Assembly: GCA_965369625.1 (NCBI GenBank)
Contig: CBDUQW010000006.1
Span: 4,064 to 68,063, forward strand
Reading direction: 5' to 3'
From: an uncultured Thermoplasmata archaeon
GTDB taxonomy: Archaea; Thermoplasmatota; DTKX01; GCA-020343715
DNA length: 64,000 nt
Shown here: positions 62,638-64,000 of the stretch, piece by piece
Layout of the letters: each line of letters starts with the position of its first letter
Numbering within the stretch: the stretch's first letter is position 1
Made by a program: the position numbers and the translations under genes
Notes under the pieces: model-generated
Databases searched by the model: none
What the model was told of the DNA's origin: nothing
Seen by the model: only the letters and a program-made list of their open reading frames with translations

Positions 62638-64000
62638 TTGAACAAGAAGGTTCTGGCCGCCATCGTGGTGGTGGCGTTGATCATACTTGCTAGCGTGGCG
62701 TGGGTGATGGTATCCGGGTCCGGTGACGAAGGGCTCGAGCAGGTCGACACCTTCGCTGACCTCACGTCGGGACAGCAGGGGTTCCTCGAGGACCATGGGT
62801 TCGTGGTGGTGGACGGCTCGTCCCTGGGATACGATACATTCCAGGAGGCCTACTACGACATGACCGAGGAGGACGTGCCGGTGGTGGTGACGACGGACTG
62901 CATGCTCCACCAGTACCACGTGTTCTTCGACAACGCCCTCAAGACCATAGAGGAGGAGGAGTTGTTCGATCTCCACCTGAACATGAGCCAGCGGTTGATG
63001 GACAACGCGGAGCTGCAGTACCTGGAGATCACCGACCCCTGGCTCGCCAACCTGTCAGAGCGGCTGGTGGCATTCTTCGCCGTCCCGTTGCGATTGGCGG
63101 AACACGACGCGGACGTCCCCGACCACGTGGAGGGCCTGGTCGCCCAGGAGCTGGCCCTGATAGAGGCGCACTCCGGGATGGCCGCTTCTCCCGTCTTCCC
63201 GGGCGCCCACGAGGAGGACTATTCCCAGTACGTCCCCCGGGGCCACTACACCAGGACCGAGACCCTCGAGAGGTACTTCAAGGGCATGATGTGGTACGGC
63301 CGCCAGACCTTCTACAACATGAGCCTGGATGAGACGGCGATGGCCGTCCTCGCGGTGATCGCGATGTACGAGAGGGACACCGACTGGGTCTATCCCTTCG
63401 AGCCCTGGGACCGCATCTACCAGGTCACGGAGCTGTTCGTGGGGGAGAGCGACGACCTGATGCCCCGCGAGTACCTGTTGGACGTGCGGGACCTGTTCGG
63501 TGAGGGCGGGGAGGGCTACTGCCACGTGGCCAACGGGACGAGGCTCGAGGAGTTCCGGCTCCGGGTGGGCGAGATGCGTTCGCCATCCATCCTCTCGACC
63601 CGCCTGATGGAGGGTGAGGATATCGGCCAGGTGACCAAGGGGCTGCGGATCATGGGCCAGCGATGGATCCCCGACTCGTACATGTTCCAGAACCTGGTAC
63701 ATGATGAGGTACAGGGTCGGTCCTTCCCCTCGGGGATGGACGTGCTCAACGTCCTGGGCGTGGAGCGGGCCGAGGAGCTGATGGCCGACACCTCCGACCA
63801 GTACCCCGACTACGACCCGCAGATCGCCAAGCTCCACGCAGAGTTCGAGGACCTCCCCCAGGGCGAATGGGACGCCAACCTGTACATGGGCTGGATGGAC
63901 ACCCTCACCGTGCTCCATCAGGACTTCGAGGGGGACGACGACTACCCGGAGTTCATGCGGGACCCCGCGTGGAGGACCCTGAAGGTCAACACCCACCTGG
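62638..64000 (+). CDS. Hypothetical membrane-anchored protein, 5' part (continues beyond the window end)
   Basis: The frame is open from the TTG at 62638 to the window edge, so it is absent from the ORF track, which needs a stop. N-terminal transmembrane segment AAIVVVALIILASVAWVMV. Codon usage (GC3-rich) matches neighbouring genes. The opposite-strand ORF 63055..63996 is His/Val/Gly-rich antisense noise. Confidence 0.55.
   Translation, partial: MNKKVLAAIVVVALIILASVAWVMVSGSGDEGLEQVDTFADLTSGQQGFLEDHGFVVVDGSSLGYDTFQEAYYDMTEEDVPVVVTTDCMLHQYHVFFDNALKTIEEEELFDLHLNMSQRLMDNAELQYLEITDPWLANLSERLVAFFAVPLRLAEHDADVPDHVEGLVAQELALIEAHSGMAASPVFPGAHEEDYSQYVPRGHYTRTETLERYFKGMMWYGRQTFYNMSLDETAMAVLAVIAMYERDTDWVYPFEPWDRIYQVTELFVGESDDLMPREYLLDVRDLFGEGGEGYCHVANGTRLEEFRLRVGEMRSPSILSTRLMEGEDIGQVTKGLRIMGQRWIPDSYMFQNLVHDEVQGRSFPSGMDVLNVLGVERAEELMADTSDQYPDYDPQIAKLHAEFEDLPQGEWDANLYMGWMDTLTVLHQDFEGDDDYPEFMRDPAWRTLKVNTHL

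Noticed and set aside
63055-63996. 313-aa minus-strand ORF at the window end
   Set aside because: It is His/Val/Gly/Leu-rich with no motifs. The plus-strand frame 62638..>64000 reads as a coherent membrane-anchored protein with genome-typical codon usage and is preferred.
1-64000. CRISPR arrays, IS elements or transposases, integrases, prophage genes
   Set aside because: There are no regularly spaced direct repeats, no transposase/integrase-like ORFs and no terminal inverted repeats. The tRNA is flanked by core genes, not by an integrated element.

Overview
This window is a high-GC (about 62%) chromosomal segment that looks archaeal. Evidence: BRE/TATA-type promoters, a leaderless transcript, frequent GTG/TTG start codons preceded by GGAGG ribosome-binding sites, a tRNA without an encoded CCA, and the gene set Cbf5, archaeal-type cmk, a DUF106 YidC-like protein and pyrB-pyrI. 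A bacterial-like class II HMG-CoA reductase suggests a Thermoplasmatota-like euryarchaeon; this placement is inference from gene content only.

Content in order:
1. 1–4.9 kb: a heterodisulfide-reductase-like redox module. It has a 3' fragment of an hdrA-like gene, a complete hdrA-like gene, two paralogous 2x[4Fe-4S] proteins and an mvhD-like gene. No hdrB, hdrC or hydrogenase gene is present.
2. 4.9–28.7 kb: housekeeping genes. These are SDR-type threonine dehydrogenase, an ABC-2 exporter pair, HMG-CoA reductase, a flavodoxin-like protein, pyrBI, Trm5, a CinA/PncC domain protein, tRNA-Ile(GAU), cbf5, cmk, the DUF106 insertase and pdxS. They are interleaved with very large secreted/membrane-anchored surface proteins.
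3. Surface proteins dominate roughly 60% of the window. They include two tandem paralogues whose N-terminal thioredoxin fold (CPPC / WCGPC) is fused to Ig-like repeats. They include a 1209-aa Ala-rich protein ending in a lamin-tail-like domain. They include a translationally coupled four-gene operon of 1.1–1.5-kb-protein beta-helix/Ig-like paralogues. They also include an FG-GAP/fibronectin-III protein and a beta-propeller/CARDB protein. All end in a single transmembrane helix plus a highly acidic tail and lack a PGF-CTERM.

The most unusual element is a roughly 1-kb protein-free, highly structured segment (about 29.4–30.4 kb). It has five UUCG-capped GC stems, lies downstream of a canonical BRE/TATA box and ends in an oligo-T tract. 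I propose it as a candidate large ncRNA of unknown class.

Other oddities: a GyrI-like gene split by a frameshift in a G6 homopolymer; a perfect 3 x 16-bp tandem repeat in a convergent intergenic region; and a recurrent promoter motif (AAAC/AAAGG followed by T-rich TATA).

Coordinates that I derived by hand rather than from the ORF track may be off by 1–2 nt.
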